A stretch of 64,000 nt of DNA. Origin: a virus. How positions within the stretch are numbered: the first letter of the stretch is position 1; each line of letters begins with the position of its first letter. A program made the position numbers and the translations under genes. The stretch lies in the IMG/VR virus record IMGVR_UViG_3300042890_006166, positions 62,670 to 126,669 of that record; one strand, written 5' to 3'. Of this stretch, positions 47,401 through 57,345 are shown in pieces. The notes below the pieces were generated by a model that did no database searches, was not told where the DNA came from, and saw nothing but the letters and a program-made list of their open reading frames with translations.

Positions 47401-50024
47401 CAATTCCAAATCAAAACAACAAGGAAGAAATTTTCAATTATGGAAAATTAGAAACAGAATATCAATACCTCCAAGAAAACTTCACCGTTCCGAGAGCAAA
47501 TGTTTCTAGAGTAGTACCATTTATTAATAAATGGGGATATCTTGGTGGAACCGATGTAAGAGGTAATCCTTATCGATTGAATTCTTCTCCTGCTTTTGCG
47601 CCAACTAATTTTTCCCCGAGCTTCGAAAACGATTCACAAAACCCTGGATATTTTACACACGAGTGGTTTCTTCTGGAAGGTGTTCCTAGACAATTTCCTG
47701 CTAACAAAATTTTAGAGCAAAACAGTTATTTACCAGGTAAGATTGATTTAGATTCAATTAGAGATGCCAATCCAAACCTGAGTCTGTATGCCTATTCATT
47801 TTTTACAGTTGAGCCTAGCGACTATCCAAGTCCTTATTATGACCCAAGTAATTTCACAAAAGAATTTTTCACACCATTCAATTACAACCCAGCTTCTGGA
47901 TTTTATGATACAGTTTTCAGGGGGGTGAAAATTTCATTGAAAAGAAGGAGCACATTACCCAATCCACCATCAGATCTTGATAAATTTGTTTTGAATTATA
48001 GAGGGTTCGAAGGTTACAATTTTTCATCTATTTTGAGAGTTGTACCGGAAGATCCAAATATTATACAGGCTCCAGTTTCATATGAAGTAATCGAAAACGT
48101 TCAACAAAAATTTGTGATATTTGTCACAACTGTTGTTATACAGGATTACCGGGCATTTCCTCTTGGATACACGGGTGGAACTGGGGCAGATCCTTATTTA
48201 GATTATCTTTTGTTATACAGTTTAGGTGATAAGAAACAGGATTCCGGAATTGGTCCAACTGGAGATCCAGGTCCAACGGGTTCATTATTGTATGAGATTT
48301 CGGATATCAAACTTTCTTCTGCTTTGGATTTATCTATTACTTCTAACTCTTTTGTTGGTACAGCAGGAAATTTAAATCCAGTTTATTTAATTCCAAACCA
48401 AAACTTTGACACTGACCTCAGGGAAGAAATTAACCTTTTTTACCCTGCTGGATCTACCGGAAGTGTGGGGGTTACTGGACCAGGAAGTTTTGTGGTACCA
48501 AGTCAAAATTATACTTATCCTTGGCCTACTGGAAGATCTCAAAATTTGGTAAATTTCCAGGCCGTCCAATCTCCAGATTATGTTTTTAATATTCCATTTG
48601 CTTTTAGTAATCCAGTAACAATTCCTGTAGGACCAAGATCAGCATATGCCAATTATCCAGTTTTTCAAGTAGAGGGGGGAGAAAATTATTTCAAATTTAT
48701 CATGAAGAGAATTTCCCTATCCCAGATTTTTGAAAGAGTAAACGGAGACAGCCCATACATTAAATACACAACCTATGAGTGGGACCAGCAAAGTTCAACA
48801 ACCAAAGCAACTACAAATTATTTTCAGATTTCCTTAACTAAACCAACATCTATTTACAAACCAACTGGAGTTTATCCTCAGCCAAGTTATAGTGGTCCTC
48901 AAACTTTAGGTAGAAGCAAACCAAGCGGATTTGAAATTGTTAATGGAGGATCAAATTACTCCTCTGATATTTTAAGATATGGTGGGCCTTACCAACCTTT
49001 ATTCAAAAAAATATTTAAATTCAAGGAGGATAAGACCGACACCTTGACAAACTATCCTTCTGTTGATTTGAGTTTTAGAAATTGCACTTTTGCTCCTGAA
49101 CAGCTTGATTTTGGAAAGATAGTTAATTTGGGTTATTCTAAGGTTTCTTTAGGAGCTGATATTTTACAAGATTCTCAAAATTTACCGCAAGGTCCTAAAT
49201 ATCCATATGTAGGTCAAAGTCCAATTTTCTACAAAGATTTTTCTGTCTTTTTGTCTAGTTGGGATCCAGGTTATTATAATTTGTATACTTCATCTACACA
49301 ACAAACCCCGGTTGCCGGAACTAGATCTATGAAAGAATTGAAGTCATTCTTAGGTTCTAAAATGATGCAAACACCCTACACCATAACAATTTACACATTC
49401 ATCACTTTAGAAATATCTAGAACAAATGGAACCACAGATGTTCAAGAGATTAACTTGTTGGCCAACAACTCAATTTCATCTATACAGAATTTAAATTCGA
49501 TCACATCTAATACTGGAGTAGGTCAGCTTGGAACATATCTGAGTAGCGTTGATCTATCAGTTTTGGATGAAAACATTTTTCCCCAGGTAGAAGTTTTATG
49601 GCAGAAAAATCCCATTACCAATACCGTTAGTGGTTCAATCCGATTAGATAGAATTTTAAGAAGATATCTTTTGAATTCTGGTATTTCTACAGTCTTTGTA
49701 AACAATATGGTTAGCGAATTTGGTGTTGGTAATCCCAATAACATAAATGATGATATAGACACTTACATACAAGAAAATATTAACCCAATTTATGAAGGTA
49801 TCACTTTTGATTTGTTCGTGAAGAAAACCGGGCAAGCTTTGTCATCCACTGAAATTTTGGTCAGAGGGGATTTGATCAATCCTGATAGAATTAGATATGC
49901 CTACAATCCACAGCCAAATTTCAAGCTAACTAAAATCACAGATTTAATTTACACCTTTGAGTATTCCTTGACTGAATCACAAAATTATTCTTTGACCTTC
50001 TCTTTCAGAATCCAAAAAATTTGA
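44448..50024 (+). CDS. very large putative virion structural protein
   Basis: 1858-aa beta-rich ORF within the tail module; no family recognised. Confidence 0.7.
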   Translation: MSTPISTPIPGPICGPGPKLFDSNSSFGVLRTNPKITGNVKITLDSEGEVWLNSMDANPTLSDQKYKKYRVSGELSYGKDIQKFFSGGKIQRISLNPDVIFEVGKFTDGENKPVENFASQYDFFYGSGASTLVDRNYAENFKFFQPLWLKDELPDFFVVFKVPEPLSYPYSTNQTQIVDGSQYKVIQEISSTETFSITYGVDLFGNPIVYSAGQFFTGNTVYSSYNIISGTGKVVLMDELLFQPQVDDVDSYFNSKILPYASVISTFDLRSNTKIGKYIRSIVNNPSFSQSPIDFSYQLNAYTYFNGIDIQTGAFTKKGELLYDFLISNESTPQIDFENYVTEGFSRNGIIAPNLLNLEFLFDDPDSNLYTINRYFGAYVSKNCLGSFKMNGNFFYTYRDSAGNNNLPKPSLNNVGFYNSTQNNFQSSTTGVRLYYEGATGWIPGSYDVNVADPQKLFYITDKFDRFYSLKRFENYNSNTNSWIDNTPVEAQFGPFTNGTFSTGATSGWKTGNLVIPNRSVNLLDFTGPGEKIGGYSGILPTSEGHANIDIEFLKVSDPNKPVTFKVIWPGGSQGNLIEKYDLIQSGKLGGTVLGWKAGSSYNSGNINYFNLSQGTTTDVAFSFCSCVNNISSIVWNSANSKNSSIIRAKNPGPNSNTQFKIGVFSDYSSFENSYVGIWSNTSSYNIGDIVSFFDSYFQALNPISTPALGNLNPEPISNLDWLPYQTFTEEGFLKIAGLDASDLSGIVNFRGGSKEIKSRVIFSSEEKDKIVPGTWIEVESGRGVTGSVSMITEITPYVEDPIYANGSDLISGFRGYGELLIAHLQDKNAVINLGSDGNFNLFEIVSLESGVFSFFDLKDFDFDFLSSTYGMTPTPEFHRYFQLIPGQSGQIINGVKYLVRQGQIRYETTNYVSGESFIGTTTDFFTDAGSSTTGFTAVVLPAIFTQVGWVNDTYPYNMSQIQAEQNLNSFIGFYGIQSITSVNPIPNQNNKEEIFNYGKLETEYQYLQENFTVPRANVSRVVPFINKWGYLGGTDVRGNPYRLNSSPAFAPTNFSPSFENDSQNPGYFTHEWFLLEGVPRQFPANKILEQNSYLPGKIDLDSIRDANPNLSLYAYSFFTVEPSDYPSPYYDPSNFTKEFFTPFNYNPASGFYDTVFRGVKISLKRRSTLPNPPSDLDKFVLNYRGFEGYNFSSILRVVPEDPNIIQAPVSYEVIENVQQKFVIFVTTVVIQDYRAFPLGYTGGTGADPYLDYLLLYSLGDKKQDSGIGPTGDPGPTGSLLYEISDIKLSSALDLSITSNSFVGTAGNLNPVYLIPNQNFDTDLREEINLFYPAGSTGSVGVTGPGSFVVPSQNYTYPWPTGRSQNLVNFQAVQSPDYVFNIPFAFSNPVTIPVGPRSAYANYPVFQVEGGENYFKFIMKRISLSQIFERVNGDSPYIKYTTYEWDQQSSTTKATTNYFQISLTKPTSIYKPTGVYPQPSYSGPQTLGRSKPSGFEIVNGGSNYSSDILRYGGPYQPLFKKIFKFKEDKTDTLTNYPSVDLSFRNCTFAPEQLDFGKIVNLGYSKVSLGADILQDSQNLPQGPKYPYVGQSPIFYKDFSVFLSSWDPGYYNLYTSSTQQTPVAGTRSMKELKSFLGSKMMQTPYTITIYTFITLEISRTNGTTDVQEINLLANNSISSIQNLNSITSNTGVGQLGTYLSSVDLSVLDENIFPQVEVLWQKNPITNTVSGSIRLDRILRRYLLNSGISTVFVNNMVSEFGVGNPNNINDDIDTYIQENINPIYEGITFDLFVKKTGQALSSTEILVRGDLINPDRIRYAYNPQPNFKLTKITDLIYTFEYSLTESQNYSLTFSFRIQKI

Positions 50025-50038
50025 GATTTTTGACTTGA

Positions 50039-50047
50039 GAATATATA
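50039..50047 (+). promoter_or_regulatory. putative late promoter variant GAATATATA
   Basis: Intergenic, 18 nt before ATG 50066. Confidence 0.5.
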
Positions 50048-50065
50048 AGCAAAGAATTTACAGTC

Positions 50066-51523
50066 ATGCCAACACTAAACATTCTGACCCTAAATCAGGG
50101 TGATACACAAGAAGATATTCGCAATAAAGTAAATGCGAATTTTGACTCTTTGGTGTTAAATGGAGGTGGACCTCAAGGGGTTCAAGGCCCTCAAGGGGAT
50201 CAAGGACCAGTTGGATCTGCTGGATCTCAAGGGGATCCTGGTGAACAAGGTACCAGAGGAACTAAGTGGTTTGTTGAACCCTCCCAGCCATCTGGTGGAT
50301 CTGGAGACGAAATATTAGTGGGTGATTATTGGGTTGACACACTTAACGACAACTCAATTTATCAATTTGATAATTCAGGTTGGGTATCAACTGGTTACAC
50401 CTTGCAAACTTCTGGGATTTTCTCCACTCTTTCTGGAATCACCGGTCCAACAGCTGGTGCAAATGCTATTGTGTTAAACACGCCATTTCCAAATTTATAC
50501 ACTACGGTTTTATCTGATGCTATTTCTACACAATCTACTGCCAATCCTTCTTATTCAAAGTTATTAATTGCAACTGATTCGGCGAATGATTTTCCATTAT
50601 TGGAATTTGCTAAAACAAATGCTGTAGGGATTGGAACTCCATCGGATTACACAAGACATCCTCAATTCAGATGGATGAATCCAAACCAGCAGAATTATAA
50701 TCTTTTATTTTCTGTTCCTCAAGATTCTATGCAATTTAATTCTGGGGGAAATATGTCAATACAAAGTACCGGCGGGGATATTCAAATTACTGCCCCACAA
50801 GATATCGAGATCGATTCACAATCTCAAATTTTGATGTACGCTGCGAATCAAATTTTGTTACAGAGCGAACAGATTGTTTTTTCGTCCAATAATTTCCAGA
50901 TGAGTTCCAGTGCAATGTCAATTTTTACCCAGGTTTCGGTGAATGCAAACACAACTAATCCTGCTTTACAGATATCAAATTCTGGAACAGGAGGTGGACT
51001 TCAAGTATTTTCTAATTCAACCAGTTCCTCTACTAATATAGTTGATTTTCAGTCAGGCGGAGAAACTAAATTTTCTATTAATGGGCAGGGAAAGGTTTAT
51101 ATGAAACAAACTGCCAGTTCTGTTAAATCAATCAGTTCATCTTCTGACTTAACCATATCTTTTACCCAATATTGGTTGCTGAATACATCAACAGTTAACC
51201 ACGGAAACACTGTTCTTTTTGTTCCTCCTGTTTCTGGTGGTTCCAAAGGGTTGATGATCTCAATGGGAAGTTTTTCGGGTAGCTGGTCAAATTATCTACA
51301 AAATTACGAGTCTATTCAGCTTTCGATTTCAGTAGTGGACCTCGGTAACGCTATCAGATATTTAGCATTAGGAGATTCTAGCAACGCAATAATTGGTAGC
51401 GCTGTTGATTTTGGGTCTGGGACGGAACAAAGATTTATCAACTTAACTATTATTAGAAACAACTCAGCTACTAATTATCTTGTTTTTTACAATACATGTG
51501 GGGGACTTTGTGGTAAATTTTAA
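50066..51523 (+). CDS. collagen-containing tail fibre protein (paralogue A)
   Basis: 'QGDTQEDIRNKVNANFDSL' anchor, 11 Gly-X-Y triplets (GPQGVQ...), then a 'W...PS...GD.W.D' fibre module. Confidence 0.7.
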   Translation: MPTLNILTLNQGDTQEDIRNKVNANFDSLVLNGGGPQGVQGPQGDQGPVGSAGSQGDPGEQGTRGTKWFVEPSQPSGGSGDEILVGDYWVDTLNDNSIYQFDNSGWVSTGYTLQTSGIFSTLSGITGPTAGANAIVLNTPFPNLYTTVLSDAISTQSTANPSYSKLLIATDSANDFPLLEFAKTNAVGIGTPSDYTRHPQFRWMNPNQQNYNLLFSVPQDSMQFNSGGNMSIQSTGGDIQITAPQDIEIDSQSQILMYAANQILLQSEQIVFSSNNFQMSSSAMSIFTQVSVNANTTNPALQISNSGTGGGLQVFSNSTSSSTNIVDFQSGGETKFSINGQGKVYMKQTASSVKSISSSSDLTISFTQYWLLNTSTVNHGNTVLFVPPVSGGSKGLMISMGSFSGSWSNYLQNYESIQLSISVVDLGNAIRYLALGDSSNAIIGSAVDFGSGTEQRFINLTIIRNNSATNYLVFYNTCGGLCGKF

Positions 51524-51538
51524 TTCCTATTTCTAATC

Positions 51539-53137
51539 ATGTTTAACACTAAATTCATTTTACCTGGTGATGATAAGGATCAAATTATCTCCAAAATAAA
51601 TTTCAATTTTCAACAAATTTTATTCAATGGGGTTGGATATGATGGACCAATTGGAAATGTAGGACCTACAGGAATTAGCGGAGAAGTTGGAGCAGATGGA
51701 ATATTTGGAGCCAACGGAAACCCCGCTACCCAATGGTTTTTTTCTGGCATAGAGCCTTCTCCTTCAGATTCAAGAAACGGTGATATCTGGGTAAATGAAG
51801 GACCTACTGGAGGGAGGGATATATTTGTTTTCGGACCTACCTCGTGGATTTATTCAGGAGAAACTCTTTTAGACGATTCAATTTTTTCTTTGGTTTTAGG
51901 AATAAGCGGTCCAGGACAATCTTCAGACAAAAATGCAATAGAAATATCAAATTATCCGGAAACCACAACTTTGGTTCTTTCTGACTCTCAATCTACTTTG
52001 AATGACGCCAATCCAAATTTGGCTAAATTATTAATTGCAACAGACGCAAGTCAGCAAAAATACCCATCTTTAACTTTTGATAAAACTTTTTATTCCGGAT
52101 CGAATCCTCCTTCTTTTTTGTGGGCAGGTACCGGTCCATCTTATGATTTCGTTTTTTCTTCCCCGCAAGAATTAAAAATCACTAGCGGGGCTACTGCCTC
52201 TTTCGGGCCAACAGGATCTTTATCCAGCATTTATTTTTTTCCTAATCAGTCTCTCAGATTAAACTCTGCACAAAACCCTGGACAAAATATAAATTTAAAT
52301 GCTCCAATTTCTGGTGGATATCTTTTGGCTTCAACCGCTAGCACGATCCAACTAACATCAAATAACATAAATTTAACCCCACAGTCTTTATCTTTTCAAT
52401 TTTCGGCGGGAACCGGTAGTTCTGTTAGTGGAACGGTAAACACTAACCCAATTCTTCGAATTACTAATTCATCCAGTGCTGGGTCTGGAGTGAAAGTAAA
52501 TCTAATAGGTTCATCTACCGATCCAATTGTAAGATTCACAAACAATCTTTCTTATAGGGTTTTCGAATCCAGGCCTGATGGATTAAATGTGGTAGGAGTT
52601 TCTGGACCATCTGGTTCAGCTTTTGGAAATTTTGTTAAAATGGTATCTTTTGCCAACAAAGTAAATACAAGTTCAACTTTCATTAGAAATAGTTTTACAA
52701 ACAATCTAATGTCGTTACCACTAACAGAACAATCTTCTGATTTAATATCGATTCAACCAGATCTAACAGGTCCAATATCATCTGATAATAGAATAGACAG
52801 AATTTATTTACAGATCGAAAATTTTTCAGGTATTTGGAGAGGACCAATTGCAGGAGGAAGAACCTTCGATATTTTTTTGAACAACAATACTTTGTGTTTT
52901 GGTGGTATTCGAAGTGTTTATCCGGGGCCTAGTGGTTTTACTTCAACATCCGTCCAAATTTTGGATACTGGAACTGGGATTAATGAAGGGTGTAGACACA
53001 TAAGACTCCAATTTTTATCCGAAGTTCAAATTGGCTACACTGCCTTTACAACATACGCAACCACTTCCGCTCCCCGTTGTGGATTTATCCCATATTCTAT
53101 AACTAGAACACCATCATCTCCAACTTCTCCAATTTAA
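51539..53137 (+). CDS. collagen-containing tail fibre protein (paralogue B)
   Basis: Same architecture as the upstream gene: 'PGDDKDQIISKINFNF', 10 Gly-X-Y triplets, 'QWFF...PSP...GDIWV', and shared 'TLVLSD...NP..AKLLIATD....P.L.F.K'. Confidence 0.7.
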   Translation: MFNTKFILPGDDKDQIISKINFNFQQILFNGVGYDGPIGNVGPTGISGEVGADGIFGANGNPATQWFFSGIEPSPSDSRNGDIWVNEGPTGGRDIFVFGPTSWIYSGETLLDDSIFSLVLGISGPGQSSDKNAIEISNYPETTTLVLSDSQSTLNDANPNLAKLLIATDASQQKYPSLTFDKTFYSGSNPPSFLWAGTGPSYDFVFSSPQELKITSGATASFGPTGSLSSIYFFPNQSLRLNSAQNPGQNINLNAPISGGYLLASTASTIQLTSNNINLTPQSLSFQFSAGTGSSVSGTVNTNPILRITNSSSAGSGVKVNLIGSSTDPIVRFTNNLSYRVFESRPDGLNVVGVSGPSGSAFGNFVKMVSFANKVNTSSTFIRNSFTNNLMSLPLTEQSSDLISIQPDLTGPISSDNRIDRIYLQIENFSGIWRGPIAGGRTFDIFLNNNTLCFGGIRSVYPGPSGFTSTSVQILDTGTGINEGCRHIRLQFLSEVQIGYTAFTTYATTSAPRCGFIPYSITRTPSSPTSPI

Positions 53138-53140
53138 ATT

Positions 53141-53377
53141 ATGTTAACACAATCTGAAAAAAAAATTGCACAATCTTTAAAAGAAGGATTCGTTCAAGTC
53201 AAGGATCGAATTCATGTAGTCGAAGAACAAATGAAATCTTTGAATTCTCAAACAGAGTCTCTGATCAACCATCTGGAAGATTTGAGACTTCAAGAAAAAA
53301 ATTTTATGGGTCAATTAAAAGAAAAATATGGCCCAGGTAAATTAAATCCTCTCACTCTTTCCTATGAAAAACTTTGA
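53141..53377 (+). CDS. small coiled-coil protein, possible fibre-assembly chaperone
   Basis: 78-aa heptad helix ending 'LKEKYGPGKLNP'; adjacent to fibre genes. Confidence 0.6.
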   Translation: MLTQSEKKIAQSLKEGFVQVKDRIHVVEEQMKSLNSQTESLINHLEDLRLQEKNFMGQLKEKYGPGKLNPLTLSYEKL

Positions 53378-54197
53378 TTCAAAACTCAAAATTATTGTTT
53401 CTCTATCTCTTTTAACTTGTCTTCTTTTTCTAGGTTCAATTTGGCAGAATCAGGAATTGCAGCAAGCCAAAGTAGATTCTCAAAGACATTTAAATAATTA
53501 TCTGGCGTCACATGATTCTATTGATGTTATTTCTTCGGAAAATGAAACTTTGTTGGCACAAAAATCATCAATGGATCTTTTTTATTCTGAATTGAGTGAA
53601 GAAAACATTGATCTTTTAAGAAGGTTAGATCTTGAAAAGAAAAAAAAGGCGAAGGTAATCATTCAAACTGAAATTGAATATCGCGACACTTCAATCTATA
53701 TTCCAATTACATCTTCTTTTGAAAACAATAAGCCAGCTTTTAATTTCAAATACAACCCGACTTTGAAGGGGAAAAATAGGATGTCTATCTCTGGAGTTTT
53801 ACCTTATTCAATTTCCTATGATACTTGCGAGTCAAAATCTGATTCCAATGGGGTGAATTGGAAAATACAACCTTCAATTACCCCGGGTATGGTTCATCTT
53901 GAAATCGAACAAAAAATCGATTTGGTAACTGGGTTATTCAGAGATCCACAAACCAAACGTTTGTATGTCAGAGCTTCTACGGATTTTCCTGGTATAACAT
54001 TTAATGAATTAAATTCAATTAACTTATTGGATGATGAAGAATCTAGAAAGGCTTTGCGTAATTCCAGAAAATCTTTTGGTATTGGAATGTCAGTAGGTTT
54101 TGGATTTACAGCAGGATCAAACGGATATATTGTAAGAGGACCTAATTTGGGTGTGGGGCTAACTTACACCCCAAAATTTCTTCAATTTGGAAAATAA
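53364..54197 (+). CDS. membrane protein, possible spanin-like lysis protein
   Basis: N-terminal TM helix (IIVSLSLLTCLLFLGSIW), coiled coil, and C-terminal amphipathic beta-hairpin (FGIGMSVGFG...GPNLGVGLTY). Confidence 0.5.
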   Translation: MKNFDSKLKIIVSLSLLTCLLFLGSIWQNQELQQAKVDSQRHLNNYLASHDSIDVISSENETLLAQKSSMDLFYSELSEENIDLLRRLDLEKKKKAKVIIQTEIEYRDTSIYIPITSSFENNKPAFNFKYNPTLKGKNRMSISGVLPYSISYDTCESKSDSNGVNWKIQPSITPGMVHLEIEQKIDLVTGLFRDPQTKRLYVRASTDFPGITFNELNSINLLDDEESRKALRNSRKSFGIGMSVGFGFTAGSNGYIVRGPNLGVGLTYTPKFLQFGK

Positions 54198-54208
54198 AAA
54201 ACAAAAAA

Positions 54209-56767
54209 ATGGCATACACCACAACATCTAAATATGTACAATTAACTCCTTATTTGGTTATGGAGTACATGTATGCTGCTCAGCCAAATCCAGAAACTTA
54301 TTTTGTAAACAACGGGGGAGGAAGCCCAACCGTAGGATTTAACAAATTAATCAACGGAATTATAGAATATAAAGGATCTCCAACCAACGAGGTCCAAATT
54401 TTCAATTTGGATGAAAATTATTCTATCACTCAGAACACCGCTTTAAACAATGTGGTTAAAACTTCTGAAAACTCTTTCATTCCATTGAACCCAAATTTGA
54501 TTGTACCTTACAATGATTTTAACCCAAAGCTAACCCCCACTGCAGATCTTGAAATTACATTCCCTTCGAATATTTCGGTGATTTATGACACCGTGAGATA
54601 TCACATTTTACAGGGATATAATTTGGAAAATATCGACGGACTGGTTTTATCTATTGCATTCTTAGATCAAGACGGATCCTACGTTACTTTTTCACAAATT
54701 GAATTGAGTTCAGGAACGGCTCAAAATTATACTTTGGATCCCAATCCTCTAACAATTGGGTCGAACATTTACGACAAGTATTTTCAGATCAACGTCCCTT
54801 CATTAGTGGACATGAACAACCAATATGCAGCGGCTAGTTTTTCGAACAAACCAGATACTTTGGCTGGAAAAACATCTCGTAGTGGAAGAGGATATGTAAC
54901 TGGTTCTCCAATGCGGATTTCTGTATGGCAAATAAATGATATAACCCAAGTTAACGGATATAACCAATATGGGGTTACTTTGTATGCAGCTCTTTCTTTA
55001 GAATCTGAAGATCCTTTTTCTAATGTTGGAGCCTATGTAGGTCCAGCCGAAAATGGAGATTATTTCGAATATTTTGCTACTGACAATGGAGGATTTATTG
55101 AAAATTTCATCCTATTTCAAAATTCTATTGGAAACCAATATTACGTAGACCACAAGGTTGAAACGGCGGAGCAAATCGGAGCGGCTTTCATTATTACCAA
55201 CAATTTTTCAACAATACAAACAACGGCATTTGATATTCCGTTGCTTTACAGACCTATTATTAGATATCCATCGGTGGCTGCTTCGTTTACGTTGCGTTAT
55301 ACTATGACACTAGTAAATTCTGTGGATCAATCTCGTTTGGTAAGAAATGCTTCTTTTACTTCCATCAATCCTGGTAGATATGGAGCTTTTATCGCTCCAT
55401 TGCAGCTTTCCGTTTTTCCGCAGACTCAGAAGATTTACAACAAATTGGCAAATCAATCCAATATCACTGTTCCATCTTCATCAATTGCTCCTATGGAAAT
55501 TGTGAAATATCAAAATGTGTTTGTTGAAAATAGCACGGTTAATTTAACAATGTCAAATCTAACTGTTACTGGAACAACAATAAGCCAAGCTGATGGTGGA
55601 GTAGCTCAAACTATTTCTTATGGATTGGGCCAAGCATACATAAGAATTTTACCATTCGATAATTATTACAAGTTCACTTTCTTTAAAAAGAATCCCAATG
55701 GAGTAACAGAGAAAATAGATTTAACTTCATCCGGGACTTTTAAACTTGTCTTCATAGACAATAAAAATAACAAATTGTTTGCCCCATCTATATCAGATAA
55801 AAACCTAGCCAATGCTTCTCAAGGTGAACTTGCTTTTAAAGTTGACCAAAGTTTGTCAGCCCAAATTTTAACATTTACAAATCGTAAATTTTATATTTCC
55901 AATCAGCCAGTGATAACCGAATCTTCACCAGTATCTGGGCAAAACTTATTCTCAAGATTTTCCAGTATTGGATCCAGATTGGCTAGAAGATCTTTATCTT
56001 CATCTGATTCTATTAGTGACATTCAGCTTTTAGCACGAAATTTTACATCACCAAATAACAATTCAGGAACGGCTAGAATCTCGAGTTCTTCTTCCTCAGT
56101 TTTATATTATGGAAATTGGTTGAAAGACAATGAGCCAACCCCCCCTGCAATTCCAGTTGAAACCGGTCCAACAGGTGGTGTAGAAGCCAGATCAGACCTT
56201 GCTTTAATTACGGGTCAAATTCCTCGTGAATCAACAATATTTTCCCCCTATTTAACATCAGTTCAAAGTTACTGGCAAAGAGCTCCAGTGGCAAGTGGTA
56301 GCACTTCTGGTACTTCTGGAACAACGACAACTGAAAATTCTTCGGTACAAACCCAAACTCTTAATGTTTTGGGAATTACTGCATTCAAGGCGGCAATAGC
56401 TTCTGACGTACAAGGTAAAATAGATTCCGGTTGGTCAAATCAACAAATTATTGATTATTTCCTTAATCCATCCGCTCTTGGGTACAAAATATATTCTGGA
56501 ATAACAAAGCAAATTTTCACCGACGCAGTTTCTGGTCTTTTTGCAAATTATGGAATATCTGGACAACTATTTATGGACCAGCTTGCAGCCTATGGTAACA
56601 CTGAAGGTGGATTGGACACAGGAGGTACTGCTGCTCAAGGTGGAAGTACCGGAAATCAAAGTGGATCTGATTCTGGAGGTCCAAATCGCCCAACTTTTCC
56701 AAGAGGAGGGGGAAGCTCAAATACCAGGCCTCCCTTGGGAGGTTTTAGACCAAGGGCTGGATTCTAG
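54209..56767 (+). CDS. putative virion structural protein
   Basis: 852-aa Asn/Ser/Thr-rich ORF with a Gly-rich low-complexity C-terminus. Confidence 0.7.
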   Translation: MAYTTTSKYVQLTPYLVMEYMYAAQPNPETYFVNNGGGSPTVGFNKLINGIIEYKGSPTNEVQIFNLDENYSITQNTALNNVVKTSENSFIPLNPNLIVPYNDFNPKLTPTADLEITFPSNISVIYDTVRYHILQGYNLENIDGLVLSIAFLDQDGSYVTFSQIELSSGTAQNYTLDPNPLTIGSNIYDKYFQINVPSLVDMNNQYAAASFSNKPDTLAGKTSRSGRGYVTGSPMRISVWQINDITQVNGYNQYGVTLYAALSLESEDPFSNVGAYVGPAENGDYFEYFATDNGGFIENFILFQNSIGNQYYVDHKVETAEQIGAAFIITNNFSTIQTTAFDIPLLYRPIIRYPSVAASFTLRYTMTLVNSVDQSRLVRNASFTSINPGRYGAFIAPLQLSVFPQTQKIYNKLANQSNITVPSSSIAPMEIVKYQNVFVENSTVNLTMSNLTVTGTTISQADGGVAQTISYGLGQAYIRILPFDNYYKFTFFKKNPNGVTEKIDLTSSGTFKLVFIDNKNNKLFAPSISDKNLANASQGELAFKVDQSLSAQILTFTNRKFYISNQPVITESSPVSGQNLFSRFSSIGSRLARRSLSSSDSISDIQLLARNFTSPNNNSGTARISSSSSSVLYYGNWLKDNEPTPPAIPVETGPTGGVEARSDLALITGQIPRESTIFSPYLTSVQSYWQRAPVASGSTSGTSGTTTTENSSVQTQTLNVLGITAFKAAIASDVQGKIDSGWSNQQIIDYFLNPSALGYKIYSGITKQIFTDAVSGLFANYGISGQLFMDQLAAYGNTEGGLDTGGTAAQGGSTGNQSGSDSGGPNRPTFPRGGGSSNTRPPLGGFRPRAGF

Positions 56768-56784
56768 AAAATTAACAATTTAAG

Positions 56785-57345
56785 ATGGCAATTTTAAACG
56801 CAAGATCCAATTCATTTTACTTCAACTTTCCCAAAGGGTTTTTTCCACCTAGTGTAGAAAATCGATGGATTGATTATTTAAAAAAACAGCCAACCCCTTA
56901 CGACACGATCACCTCCTTCATGAATTCCAGTATTCAGTCGGTGGGGTTCCCTACTATGAGTACAAATCTGGTATCACAGACGAAGAACTTGGGAAAACAA
57001 ATTAACTATCAAAGCGCAACCCCAGTCCAAGATTTATTTACCAGAGATTTCGATGTTTCGTTTAGAATAGGTGAGGGATTTGTAAATTATTTTATCATGT
57101 TGGAAACTGTTTTAGATAAACTAGCTTTCCAGAATGATGACCTATTTACTCCCGTTTTACCTCTTAGAATTTTGAACAACGAAGGAGGAGTAATTGTCTC
57201 GGTTGTATTTAAAGAAGTCAACCTAACGGGGATAAACGGAATCACCTTGAATTACACCCAAAATGCACCTAGTGTGAACACATTCACTGTTTCTTTTAAA
57301 TGTAACTTCATGGAGTTAGACATGGAAGTACAGAAAAGAAACTAG
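56785..57345 (+). CDS. tail tube terminator/completion protein, T4 gp3-like (tube fold)
   Basis: 186 aa; order 'IQSVGFP...FDVSF....NYFIM...LRILNNEG.VIVSVVF....TGINGITLNY....TFTVSFK' parallels gp3/gp19. Confidence 0.55.
   Translation: MAILNARSNSFYFNFPKGFFPPSVENRWIDYLKKQPTPYDTITSFMNSSIQSVGFPTMSTNLVSQTKNLGKQINYQSATPVQDLFTRDFDVSFRIGEGFVNYFIMLETVLDKLAFQNDDLFTPVLPLRILNNEGGVIVSVVFKEVNLTGINGITLNYTQNAPSVNTFTVSFKCNFMELDMEVQKRN

Noticed and set aside
57289-57342. About 20-bp imperfect hairpin at the 3' end of the gp3-like CDS
   Set aside because: Lies inside coding sequence, is AT-rich, has no U-tract and does not cover a start codon; may be chance.
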